Positions 33,486-41,800 of a DNA stretch of 44,681 bases are shown here, piece after piece. Origin of the DNA: an uncultured Candidatus Saccharibacteria bacterium (GTDB lineage Bacteria > Patescibacteriota > Minisyncoccia > Phycocordibacterales > UBA918); assembly GCA_964466905.1 (NCBI GenBank), contig CAYXOF010000002.1:1-44681 (forward strand), in the 5' to 3' direction. The position numbers were made by a program, and so were the translations under genes. The stretch's first letter is position 1. Every line of letters starts with the position of its first letter. The notes under the pieces were generated by a model. That model was not told the origin of the DNA. It saw only the letters and a program-made list of their open reading frames with translations, and searched no databases.

Positions 33486-33779
33486 TTATTCCTCGTTAGT
33501 AACTGATGACCGCTTCCTTTTCCGACGATGTGTCGACGGGCCAGAAAACAAGCCAAACATGCGTGAGAACATGCCACCACTTTGCACGAAGCTGCGAACG
33601 CTCGCGAAATCTTCCGCGATCACCTCGCTCCCAGCTTCTATCCGTTCGATAATCGCTCGGATTGCCCGCATGATCTTGATCACATGGTACAAGACAATGC
33701 AGACCATGATACAAAAGACCACCGTAGCGATGCTCGCAATCAAAAAAAATATGTTGGCGTGTAATACCTCACTCATCAC
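33486..33779 (-). CDS. small membrane protein (97 aa), unknown function
   Basis: One long TM helix (IFFLIASIATVVFCIMVCIVLY), an amphipathic helix and a basic tail. It lies 10 nt upstream of the next gene on the same strand. Confidence 0.5.
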   Translation of the reverse strand: MMSEVLHANIFFLIASIATVVFCIMVCIVLYHVIKIMRAIRAIIERIEAGSEVIAEDFASVRSFVQSGGMFSRMFGLFSGPSTHRRKRKRSSVTNEE

Positions 33780-33796
33780 TATAAGTGTAACGCGTT

Positions 33797-34897
33797 TTAG
33801 GCAACTCCGGGATGGCTTTTTAGGAAAGCGTGGACAACTCGCTCAACGTCGGTTGGAGTATCCGCTGCCATAAGTGTCTGGCGAAGTTCTGAGGCTTTCG
33901 GAAATGAATGGATGTAGCCTTTGTAGTGCTTCTTCATCACCGCAAAATGTTTGTGTGGGAGTAGTTCTGTGAACAACTTCGTATGTTCGACGAGAGCCTC
34001 GAGCCGCTCTACCAATGTCACGAAGCTCATGCCTTCAGCCGGGACCAACTGATTGTAGAGCGACTCTCGGTCTACCCCACTCGTTGGGAGGGTGTGCTGA
34101 GCGAGGGGCAGACGGTGTGTCGGATGAAAAAACCACGGGTTGCCAAAGAGCGCTCGCCCGACCATTGCTCCATCTGCGCCCGTTGCAGCAATCTTAGCGT
34201 ACGCATCCTCAAGTGAGAGTACGTCCCCATTCCCAATAATCCGAGTCTCTGGCGACAACTGGTCCCGCAGGGCGACCACCCGCTCCAGTCGCTCCCACCT
34301 GGCAGGTACCTTGCTCATCTCTTTCCGAGTCCGACAGTGTACCGAAAGAGCTGCTGGACGAACGCTTAAAATCTCTGGTATCCACTCTTCTACCTGGTCT
34401 TCGTTATAGCCCAGTCGAGTTTTTACCGACACCGGGATACCACCCGCATCACTCTTGGCCCCTCGCTTCGCAGCAGCAATAATCTGCTTGGCTACCTCGG
34501 GTGTCTTGATCATCGCCGAGCCACAGCCTTGCTTCTCAATCGAGCGATCAGGACAGCCCATATTGATATCGACACCATCAAAACCGAGCTCAAGGCAGAG
34601 TGCGGCCGCGTACTCCATATGCGCCTCATGACTCGTGAATAATTGCGCTACAACCGGGCGCTCTATCTCACCATATTGTAAATCAGCCATTAGCTTTTGT
34701 TTCCCCTCCTCGGTCGCGCGCACGAGCCCATCGGCTGCCACAAACTCGGTCCACATGACGTCGGGACCACCGACTGAGCCGTCAGCGCGCACATGTGCAC
34801 TATGTTTTGCGATCATGGTCCGAAACGCCACATCGGTCACATCAGCCATCGGCGCGACGGTTACAAACGGACTTGGAAGTTGTTGCCAAAATGACAT
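33797..34897 (-). CDS. dus: tRNA-dihydrouridine synthase
   Basis: APMADVTDVAFR, DGVDINMGCP (catalytic Cys region), VSVKTRLG and NGDV are Dus family motifs. Confidence 0.9.
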   Translation of the reverse strand: MSFWQQLPSPFVTVAPMADVTDVAFRTMIAKHSAHVRADGSVGGPDVMWTEFVAADGLVRATEEGKQKLMADLQYGEIERPVVAQLFTSHEAHMEYAAALCLELGFDGVDINMGCPDRSIEKQGCGSAMIKTPEVAKQIIAAAKRGAKSDAGGIPVSVKTRLGYNEDQVEEWIPEILSVRPAALSVHCRTRKEMSKVPARWERLERVVALRDQLSPETRIIGNGDVLSLEDAYAKIAATGADGAMVGRALFGNPWFFHPTHRLPLAQHTLPTSGVDRESLYNQLVPAEGMSFVTLVERLEALVEHTKLFTELLPHKHFAVMKKHYKGYIHSFPKASELRQTLMAADTPTDVERVVHAFLKSHPGVA

Positions 34898-34946
34898 AAG
34901 AATTGTACTCTACCGTAGAATACCGTTCTTGTCAGCCACGGAGGAG

Positions 34947-35213
34947 ATGATGCCGAAAGCCTATTGGATGCGAGTTGCTATCCTACTCGCTCTATTATGT
35001 TTCGTTACGATTACGATTGAACAATATGTCACCATGTTGTTCAACGTAGGAGTAAGGTCAATCGTTACCGCCATCTTTGCCTTCCTGATCGCCTTCTTCG
35101 CCTGGTGCTTTGGGATGGTGCTTGGCACCATCTGCGAGCATGATACGACGTACCCTGCTCGTTCCGCGAGAACACTGCGCATACTGCGCTCAATCTTCTG
35201 CATCAAGTCCTGA
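34947..35213 (+). CDS. small 2-TM membrane protein (88 aa), candidate
   Basis: Internal ATG of track ORF 34635..35213. GGAGG lies at 34940-34944 and TAGAAT at 34916-34921. Two clear TM helices fill the otherwise empty 292-nt dus-ftsQ gap. The gene overlaps the convergent ftsQ 3' end by 24 nt. Confidence 0.4.
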   Translation: MMPKAYWMRVAILLALLCFVTITIEQYVTMLFNVGVRSIVTAIFAFLIAFFAWCFGMVLGTICEHDTTYPARSARTLRILRSIFCIKS

Positions 35214-36110
35214 TTCGCTCGCCCCGTCGCTTGTCGACGGGGCGTCTGCTGTGCTACTCGCTACAATCATATCCGTTGTGGTGGCCACGATCTGCTCTTC
35301 GTTTACAAATACTTTATTTCCAAACCGAAGGTCAATGTAGGAGAAATTACCGGGGGAAAGATCGGCAAATTCTGGTGCCGTGAGTACAGTTTCAAGATTA
35401 GCAACGGTCTGCTCTGGAAGCATGGTGAGTGTCGCCTTGAGTTCACCACCACCCACCACATGAATATACACGTCCCGTACCGCGTCAATTTCGATATGAG
35501 ATACATACCAACCAGCCTCATGCAAGGCAGATCGTAACCGTGTCATTAGGGTCATATCAGCTTCACTAAATGGTCGACTATCAACGTGTGGCGTCGAGGT
35601 TCCGAGTGACACGAAGCGTAAGATTTCTCCCCCCTCAAGGACGGGAGCAATCGCAAATGCATAACCTGATGCATCAAGAAATGCACACGTCGTCGTCGCC
35701 ACATCAGCACACCAGAGCGCAGCAGGGACAAACTCTTCAAAGACAATCGACAATTCAGATCCGGACAATCGATCAGCCTTCACAGTCGCTACCCGCGGCA
35801 CTGCACGAACTGCCGACATGATCTGTTCCTCCGGGTAAAACCAGGCAAACCGACGCGGCACCAAACCCAGGTACGTTCCTGCCAATTCCGCCTCAACTGC
35901 CTGACGCACGAGTGCATGATCAATCGTTTCTCCGCCACGAATAGTAATTTCTGTAATTGTCAGCCACGCGACTCTCGAGCCATACCAAATACCCATAATA
36001 GTTCCCCCAATGAAACCAAAAACCAATACCCCAAGGACAATCTGACGAATGAGAATGACGGTATTTGGGTCAATCGACCAACGATTTTTTTTCTTATGCG
36101 CACGCTTCAT
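35190..36110 (-). CDS. ftsQ: cell-division protein FtsQ/DivIB-like
   Basis: Basic N-terminus, a single TM helix, then a POTRA-like region (ITEITIRGGETIDHALVRQAVE). TGC-TAGGAT lies 7 nt upstream of the ATG. Confidence 0.7.
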   Translation of the reverse strand: MKRAHKKKNRWSIDPNTVILIRQIVLGVLVFGFIGGTIMGIWYGSRVAWLTITEITIRGGETIDHALVRQAVEAELAGTYLGLVPRRFAWFYPEEQIMSAVRAVPRVATVKADRLSGSELSIVFEEFVPAALWCADVATTTCAFLDASGYAFAIAPVLEGGEILRFVSLGTSTPHVDSRPFSEADMTLMTRLRSALHEAGWYVSHIEIDAVRDVYIHVVGGGELKATLTMLPEQTVANLETVLTAPEFADLSPGNFSYIDLRFGNKVFVNEEQIVATTTDMIVASSTADAPSTSDGASESGLDAED

Positions 36111-36172
36111 TTTGAGTATCCTAGCACACCACCTCTTGATCGATCAGCTCCATTGAAGCAACATACTTGGCG

Positions 36173-36901
36173 TTATACCACAAACCCCGCCACCCGCATC
36201 TGCTCCTCAAGCCGAGCATAATACTGCAATGCCTGCGTCCGCTTGGGTTCTGACAGCGTATTGATAGCCTCCTGTAGCTTCGCTGGCACGAACCGCAAAC
36301 ACTGGTCCGTGTACGCATCTGCCCCGATGTCCTCTGGTTCATCCCACGGCACATCAACATCGACGAACGTAAAATCCCCGTCTTTCGTAAAGACAACATC
36401 CTGAGCCCCCCAACCAATCTGTACCGCTCCGTCTGGATTCGATAACCCAGCCGCTGCATACGCAGCACGAAATGCTTCAATAGCGTTGTCGGTGTATAAG
36501 CGATCGTACCGATCATTCGTAATGGCTTCGAGCCTACCTCCGTGAGATTCATCATACTCTCGTGCCGCCTCCATGTCACCATCAAATTGCGTCGCAAACT
36601 CTTGAATATCGCGATGCTGTGCATCTGGCTCAACATAATGTGAGACAAATTGTGAACTGACTACTTGTCCGTCGTCGCCATGTATATTTCCACCCTGCTT
36701 CACCGCGGCAATTTTGCCTGGGAACAACAACGTCGCAATTTTGTTCAAATAGAACAAGCCTTTCATTTGCTCATTCGTGTACTGGTGTTTCATCACCAGT
36801 TGCACTTCGGGAGTACCATCGGCGCGCACTACTTTATACGCCCGCTTGTACCCACCCACCCCTATCTGCTCACGCGGATCTGGAGTGGACTCAAATCTCA
36901 T
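36173..36901 (-). CDS. hypothetical protein, weak protein-kinase-like pattern
   Basis: IGVGGYKRAYKV resembles a G-loop, LVMK resembles the VAIK lysine, and DVVFTKDGDFTFVDVD resembles a catalytic/DFG region. All are degenerate. It lies 9 nt downstream of serS. Confidence 0.55.
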   Translation of the reverse strand: MRFESTPDPREQIGVGGYKRAYKVVRADGTPEVQLVMKHQYTNEQMKGLFYLNKIATLLFPGKIAAVKQGGNIHGDDGQVVSSQFVSHYVEPDAQHRDIQEFATQFDGDMEAAREYDESHGGRLEAITNDRYDRLYTDNAIEAFRAAYAAAGLSNPDGAVQIGWGAQDVVFTKDGDFTFVDVDVPWDEPEDIGADAYTDQCLRFVPAKLQEAINTLSEPKRTQALQYYARLEEQMRVAGFVV

Positions 36902-36910
36902 ACTGATTAC

Positions 36911-38173
36911 CTAGCCAATCTGTTCCTTCCCAAAGTATGGGCGTAACACGTCCGGAATTTTGATCGAACCATCAGCCTGTTGGAAATTCTCCACGAGTGA
37001 CACCAAGATGCGTGGCGTCGGGATGGCAGTACAATTGAGTGAGTGGGCATAACGCATCTTCCCTGCCTCATCGCGATAGCGGATATTAAACCGGCGAGTT
37101 TGGAAATCATGGAAATATGAGGCGGAACTAATCTCGCGGTAGGTTTGCTCACCTGGTACCCAGAGCTCAATGTCATACTTTTTCACCTGCCCCTGCCCGA
37201 TATCCGCGCCACAATTGAGTACGGTATGGTATGGGATACCCAAGGACTCAATAAATTCTTCGGTGTTACGATTGATCCACTCGTGCCACTTCACACTTTC
37301 TGCATGTGACGCTTCACACAGCATGACTTGTTCAACCTTATAGAATTCATGTACTCGAATCAGTCCGCGCGTATCTTTGCCATGACTTCCCGCCTCCCGC
37401 CGAAAGCACGGTGAAAAGCCAAGTAGCTTAATCGGAAACTGGGACTGCTCAAGTACCTCATCAGCATAAAACCCCATCACAGAGACTTCACTCGTACCGA
37501 TCAGGTAATCATCATCTTGGGTGCGATACACATCGTCTGCATCATTTGGTAGATGGCTCGTCCCGTAGAGATTTGCCTTCCGGACAATCGCTGGAGGTAA
37601 GACTGGTGTAAAACCTTTTTGCATGAAAAACGCGTTCGCGTAATTCCAGATCGCCCACGAGAGCATTGCGCCGTCGCCGAGCAAATAGTACCCACGGAAG
37701 CCGTGTGCCTTAACTCCCCGCTCGAAGTCGACCATACCGTGCATGGTCATGAGCTCAACATGATCCTTTGCCGGGAACGAAAACTTAGTTTGTTCTCCCC
37801 ACTGCTTAATCTCCTCATTATCAGCGTCACTCTCGCCATCTGGGACTGACATATCAGGAACATTAGGCACCTGGAGCATGAGCCGCTGCCACTCTTCCAT
37901 GATGGGCTTGAGTTTTTCCTCATCTTTTTGTAGCTCAGCTTTGACTACCTGCATCTCACTAATGAGCTGTTGTTTGACAGCCGGATCTGTGGCGACAGGG
38001 ATACCGTCTGAGACGCGCTTTTGCTCGGCTCGGACTGATTCGATCTGCTGCATCAGGGCTCGACGCTCATCATCAACCACAATGAGTCGATCAATATCGA
38101 TAGTAATCTTCTTTTTCTTCGCCGCTAACTTCACAATGTCAGCGTTCTCTCTGATGAATTTAATATCGAGCAT
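36911..38173 (-). CDS. serS: seryl-tRNA synthetase
   Basis: An N-terminal coiled-coil arm (MLDIKFIRENADIV...) and class II motifs (FRREAGSHGKDTRGLIRVHEF and GQGQVKKYDIELW...RY..). Length of 420 aa fits. Confidence 0.95.
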   Translation of the reverse strand: MLDIKFIRENADIVKLAAKKKKITIDIDRLIVVDDERRALMQQIESVRAEQKRVSDGIPVATDPAVKQQLISEMQVVKAELQKDEEKLKPIMEEWQRLMLQVPNVPDMSVPDGESDADNEEIKQWGEQTKFSFPAKDHVELMTMHGMVDFERGVKAHGFRGYYLLGDGAMLSWAIWNYANAFFMQKGFTPVLPPAIVRKANLYGTSHLPNDADDVYRTQDDDYLIGTSEVSVMGFYADEVLEQSQFPIKLLGFSPCFRREAGSHGKDTRGLIRVHEFYKVEQVMLCEASHAESVKWHEWINRNTEEFIESLGIPYHTVLNCGADIGQGQVKKYDIELWVPGEQTYREISSASYFHDFQTRRFNIRYRDEAGKMRYAHSLNCTAIPTPRILVSLVENFQQADGSIKIPDVLRPYFGKEQIG

Positions 38174-38201
38174 AGTGATTGGAATTATACACTACAGAAA
38201 C

Positions 38202-38404
38202 AAAATATATATATAAATAGCGAAGCCGGAAGAGATGTCAGACATCCCTCCCGGCTATTTATTAACGTCTGTGTTTACCAATCAGGGTTGCCGTAAAAGC
38301 CAACCCAAGAACTTACCCGGCCCCTAAGGCACCGAATCCTTCCCACGAATTTTAGCACGTACCACGTTTCAACTGCTTTGTTGAGGGAAGGTTTTCAACT
38401 CAGC
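38202..38404 (-). ncRNA. candidate ~200-nt structured small RNA of unknown family
   Basis: A minus-strand promoter, TTGACA-17 nt-TATTAT (38439-38411), is followed by a helix-rich sequence. That sequence includes CCUUCCC/GGGAAGG, GUUGA/UCAAC and GGGUUG/CAACCC pairings. It ends in a 15-bp hairpin (38215-38260) followed by UAUUUAUAUAUAUAUUUUG. serS has its own TATAAT 10 nt upstream of its ATG, downstream of this terminator. Confidence 0.4.
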
Positions 38405-38410
38405 GTGAGT

Positions 38411-38439
38411 ATAATAGCATAGTAGTAGATAAATGTCAA
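38411..38439 (-). promoter_or_regulatory. near-consensus sigma70-type promoter (TTGACA, 17-nt spacer, TATTAT) for the candidate small RNA
   Basis: The minus strand reads CTATTTGACATTTATCTACTACTATGCTATTATACTCACG. Confidence 0.5.
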
Positions 38440-38460
38440 ATAGTCTTAAAGTATCGTGAT

Positions 38461-39336
38461 ATGATGTCTTTAATGGCGTCGTTTCCAATCCTATCGCTTG
38501 CTCCACAAAACTTTCCTCCTCTCCTACTTGAAATCCCCCAGCCACCGTCATCTCTACAGTACCGTGGCGCTTTGCCAGCGACCGATGTAAAACTCCTCTC
38601 CGTCGTTGGTTCACGGAAGTACACGAGCTACGGCAAGCAGGTCGTTGACCACCTCCTTGATGGACTAAAGGGCTACCCAGTCGGTATCGTCTCCGGACTC
38701 GCACTCGGGATAGACTCGCTCGCCCATGAAGCAGCCCTCCGCAATCATTTATATACCCTCGCGATTCCAGGCGGCGGGATAGATGACTGCGTCATCTATC
38801 CCGCCGCCCACCGGCCACTCGCAGGACGGATACTGGAAGCTGGTGGCGGACTCCTCTCTGAATACGAACCAACCTTCAAAGCGACGAGGTGGTCATTTAT
38901 CGAACGTAACCGACTCGTCGCCGGTATTAGTCATGCCACACTCATCGTCGAAGCGGGAGAAAAATCTGGTACACTCACCACTGCGCGTATGGTCGCAGAT
39001 TACAACCGGGAACTCCTCGTTGTACCTGGGAGCATCTTTTCGAAAAACCACATCGGCGTACATCAATTTTTAAAGCTCGGCGCCACCCCAGTGACAGGAG
39101 CGATAGATATCCTCACCGCACTGGGAATCGAAACAGAAATACCACCTCCCTCGCCTCCGCCACAACTCTCCCTTGATGAAGCTCGTATCATCACTCTGCT
39201 AGACGAGCCTCGACATCGTGATGAACTCATTCGTCTGTCTGAATTATCTGTCATGGAAGCCAGCAGTCTCCTCATGCTCATGGAACTACGTGGGCTCATT
39301 ATCCAAGAGATGCATATGTACCGGAGCAACGTGTAG
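38461..39336 (+). CDS. dprA: DNA-processing protein DprA (Smf)
   Basis: VGSRKYTSYG, SGLALGIDSLAHEAAL, VAGISHATLIVEAGEKSGTL.TA and a C-terminal winged-helix-like tail. TAAAGT lies 8 nt upstream of the ATG. Confidence 0.9.
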   Translation: MMSLMASFPILSLAPQNFPPLLLEIPQPPSSLQYRGALPATDVKLLSVVGSRKYTSYGKQVVDHLLDGLKGYPVGIVSGLALGIDSLAHEAALRNHLYTLAIPGGGIDDCVIYPAAHRPLAGRILEAGGGLLSEYEPTFKATRWSFIERNRLVAGISHATLIVEAGEKSGTLTTARMVADYNRELLVVPGSIFSKNHIGVHQFLKLGATPVTGAIDILTALGIETEIPPPSPPPQLSLDEARIITLLDEPRHRDELIRLSELSVMEASSLLMLMELRGLIIQEMHMYRSNV

Positions 39337-39390
39337 TGAATGGTTATTATTTGACAGATTGTCCACTCCCTAGTATTTGTTAGAGACTTT

Positions 39391-41748
39391 ATGTCCAAAT
39401 CAACCTTAGTCATTGTCGAGTCGCCTGCCAAGGCCAAGACAATCGAAAAGTACCTCGGACCTGGCTTCAAAGTCATGTCATCAATCGGTCACGTACGGGA
39501 TTTACCAAAAAGTAATACCGATGCGGTCGACGTCGCAGCTGGATTCGTTCCCCGCTACATCGTGTCACCAGGAAAGCAAAAAGTGATTGATGGGCTACGA
39601 AGCGCCGCCAAAAAAGCTGACCAGGTGATCCTCGCCTCAGACCCCGACCGAGAGGGTGAGGCCATTGCCTGGCACGTCGCTGAATTGGTCAAAACAGCCA
39701 ACGATAACCTCAAGCGAGTGACGTTCAATGAAATCACCAAGGACGCAGTCACTGAAGCGATGGAGCACCCGCGTGATCTTGACCTAAATCTAAAAGAAGC
39801 CCAAGAAGCGAGACGCGTGCTCGACCGCCTGGTTGGGTACGATCTGTCAGGGTTGATTTGGAAAAAAGTCCGCTATGGCCTTTCGGCTGGTCGGGTCCAA
39901 TCGCCAGCCCTCCGGATCGTTATGGAACGCGAACGTGAAATTCGCGCCTTTATCCCTGAAGATTTTTTTGTCTTGACCGCACATTTACGTACTGGTAAAG
40001 AAACGATACCCTTTACCTGCACCGAGGAACCAAAGACAGCTGCGATTGCAGAGCGAATCAAACAATTAGGTGAGACGCACTCGTGGCAGATTAGCGCAGT
40101 CAAAGAAAGCGATGCACGCCGCTCGCCGCGCCCGCCCTTTACCACTTCCACCCTCCAACAAACCGCCTCAACCCGGCTCGGTTTCTCACCCTCTCGCACC
40201 ATGGGAGCGGCGCAAAAACTCTACGAAGCTGGACACATCACCTACATGCGTACGGACAGCACGAGCTTGAGCGCTCAAGCACAAAAGCAACTTATTGCTC
40301 ACATTGACCAAGCGTACGGAAAAAAATACCTGGCTCCTCGACAATATAAAACGAAAAGTAAGTCGGCTCAGGAAGCGCACGAGGCTATTCGCCCAACAAA
40401 CGCTGGGCGAAAAAGTGCTGGAAGTACTGCGGACCAGAAAGCCCTCTATGAGCTGATTTGGTCTCGCACAGTTGCGTCGCAAATGTCAGATGCGGAGCTG
40501 AAGCGGACAAAGATCATTGTCAACATTCTCGGTAGCACAGAAACAATCCCCGACTTCAGTGTGAATGGCTCGCGCCTCACCTTTGATGGGTGGCTCAAGG
40601 TAGATCCCCGAGCACGAGGTGAGGACACGGAAGTCCCTGCTCTCACGGTCGGTGATGCCCTTACCCTGCAAGAACTCGTCATCGACGCCAAACAAACCAC
40701 ACCACCAAATCGCTACACCGAGGCGGGGCTCATTAAAGAGCTCGAAAAACGTGGCATCGGCAGACCGTCCACCTATGCCTCGATCATGAACACGATTACG
40801 CAGCGTGGATACGTTCTTAAGGAAGGTCGTACCCTCATCCCAACTGACACTGGCGACGTCGTCTCCACCTTCCTTGAACAACACTTTGCAGACTATATTA
40901 GCGACACCTTCACGAGTGACATGGAAGATCAACTAGACCAGATTGCTGAGGGCAACCGCACATACGTCAAAACCCTTTCAGATTTCTATACCCCATTTCA
41001 CGTTGATGTCGCCAGCAAGGAATCGATCGAGAAGCTTACCAATCTCGGGCCTGGTCCAGCGCAATTCCCCTGTCCGCTCTGCGGGAGCACGATGGTGATT
41101 AAGCTTGGAAAGAACGGTCGCTTCCTATCCTGCGACCGCTTCCCTGATTGTAACGGCGCTCGCCTCATCGATGGGAGCGAACTCAAACCAGACGCACCAC
41201 TTGGTAAGCATCCCGACACCGGCGAACCCATTTTTGTACTGAACGGTAAGTATGGACCATACGTGCAACTCGGTGAGACACCAGAAAAAGTGAAAGGTAA
41301 AAAGGTGACTGCCCCAAAGCGCGCTGGTTTACCCCCTGGTATCAAACCAGAGGACGTGACACTCGATGAGGCGGTACGTTACCTTCTCTTGCCTCGTGAA
41401 CTCGGTCCACACCCTGACACCGGGGAACCGATCATTGCAAATACCGGCCAGTATGGTCCCTACCTCGCACACGCTGGGGACTTCAGATCCCTCAAGGGTG
41501 CAGATGATCCATACACGATTACCTATGACCGAGCCCTCGCTATCTACCAAGAACCGAAGCAGATGCGTAAAGGCGAGGCACTCCTCCGGACAGTCGGTAT
41601 CCATCCGAAGACCCGCAAATTAATCAACGTATTTGAATCAAAATCTGGACGATATCTCAAAAAAGGCTTTAAGCGTATCAGCATCCCGGACGATCTAAAG
41701 ACCGAAGATCTCACTATTGAAACTGTCGTGGACCTGCTCAAGGGATAG
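39391..41748 (+). CDS. topA: DNA topoisomerase I
   Basis: Toprim LVIVESPAKAKTIEKYLG, DPDREGEAIAWH, the active-site region GHITYMRTDS and a C-terminal zinc ribbon CPLCGSTMVIKLGKNGRFLSCDRFPDC. Confidence 0.95.
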   Translation: MSKSTLVIVESPAKAKTIEKYLGPGFKVMSSIGHVRDLPKSNTDAVDVAAGFVPRYIVSPGKQKVIDGLRSAAKKADQVILASDPDREGEAIAWHVAELVKTANDNLKRVTFNEITKDAVTEAMEHPRDLDLNLKEAQEARRVLDRLVGYDLSGLIWKKVRYGLSAGRVQSPALRIVMEREREIRAFIPEDFFVLTAHLRTGKETIPFTCTEEPKTAAIAERIKQLGETHSWQISAVKESDARRSPRPPFTTSTLQQTASTRLGFSPSRTMGAAQKLYEAGHITYMRTDSTSLSAQAQKQLIAHIDQAYGKKYLAPRQYKTKSKSAQEAHEAIRPTNAGRKSAGSTADQKALYELIWSRTVASQMSDAELKRTKIIVNILGSTETIPDFSVNGSRLTFDGWLKVDPRARGEDTEVPALTVGDALTLQELVIDAKQTTPPNRYTEAGLIKELEKRGIGRPSTYASIMNTITQRGYVLKEGRTLIPTDTGDVVSTFLEQHFADYISDTFTSDMEDQLDQIAEGNRTYVKTLSDFYTPFHVDVASKESIEKLTNLGPGPAQFPCPLCGSTMVIKLGKNGRFLSCDRFPDCNGARLIDGSELKPDAPLGKHPDTGEPIFVLNGKYGPYVQLGETPEKVKGKKVTAPKRAGLPPGIKPEDVTLDEAVRYLLLPRELGPHPDTGEPIIANTGQYGPYLAHAGDFRSLKGADDPYTITYDRALAIYQEPKQMRKGEALLRTVGIHPKTRKLINVFESKSGRYLKKGFKRISIPDDLKTEDLTIETVVDLLKG

Positions 41749-41765
41749 TGGTACATATTCATGAC

Positions 41766-41794
41766 TTGTAAAGAGCTCGGATACTCTCTACAAT
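41766..41794 (+). promoter_or_regulatory. promoter TTGTAA-17 nt-TACAAT ending 6 nt before the relA/spoT ATG (leaderless geometry)
   Basis: TTGTAA at 41766-41771, TACAAT at 41789-41794 and the ATG at 41801. Confidence 0.55.
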
Positions 41795-41800
41795 ACAGAC

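Noticed and set aside
931-33580. Long N-terminal extensions in the ORF track for the following genes: HtrA 2262, YHYH 7006, dsbA 11978, ATPase 11948, 16251, dgkA 18183, 20798, aquaporin 21599, GNAT 23150, kinase 25646, carboxypeptidase 33013 and 33580.
   Set aside because: The extensions overlap neighbouring genes or hairpins, and several begin at GTG or TTG. Internal ATGs are preceded by a -10 box or an SD site and give sensible signal peptides or N-termini.
16311-36128. The apparent recurring intergenic motif GCTAGCAC/GTGCTAGC (16311, 19984, 29451 and 29484; near matches at 28763 and 36121).
   Set aside because: I inspected only intergenic regions closely, so enrichment is not established. 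About 1.4 exact 8-mer hits are expected in the window. Only the local inverted pair next to the tRNA is reported as a feature.
36121-36648. 175-aa minus-strand ORF overlapping the 36173..36901 gene in another frame.
   Set aside because: It is Arg/Met/Ser-rich with no start signal. The 242-aa frame has normal composition and abuts serS.
38202-38404. The candidate RNA upstream of serS as a canonical T-box riboswitch, SRP RNA or 6S RNA.
   Set aside because: There is no AGGGUGGUACCGCG-type T-box sequence next to the terminator and no GA/K-turn plus AGAGA stem I features I could find. There is no SRP domain IV GGAA-loop motif. The 5' and 3' ends do not pair as they do in 6S RNA. It is kept only as an unknown-family candidate.
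23621-39387. The exact 13-mer ATTTGTTAGAGAC at 23621-23633 and 39375-39387.
   Set aside because: About 15 exact 13-mer coincidences are expected by chance in a 45-kb window, and the two sites share no flanking similarity.
39063-41762. Numerous minus-strand ORFs opposite dprA and topA (39063..39476, 39873..40202, 40486..40932, 40998..41345 and others).
   Set aside because: They are antisense shadows of unambiguous topA and dprA genes.
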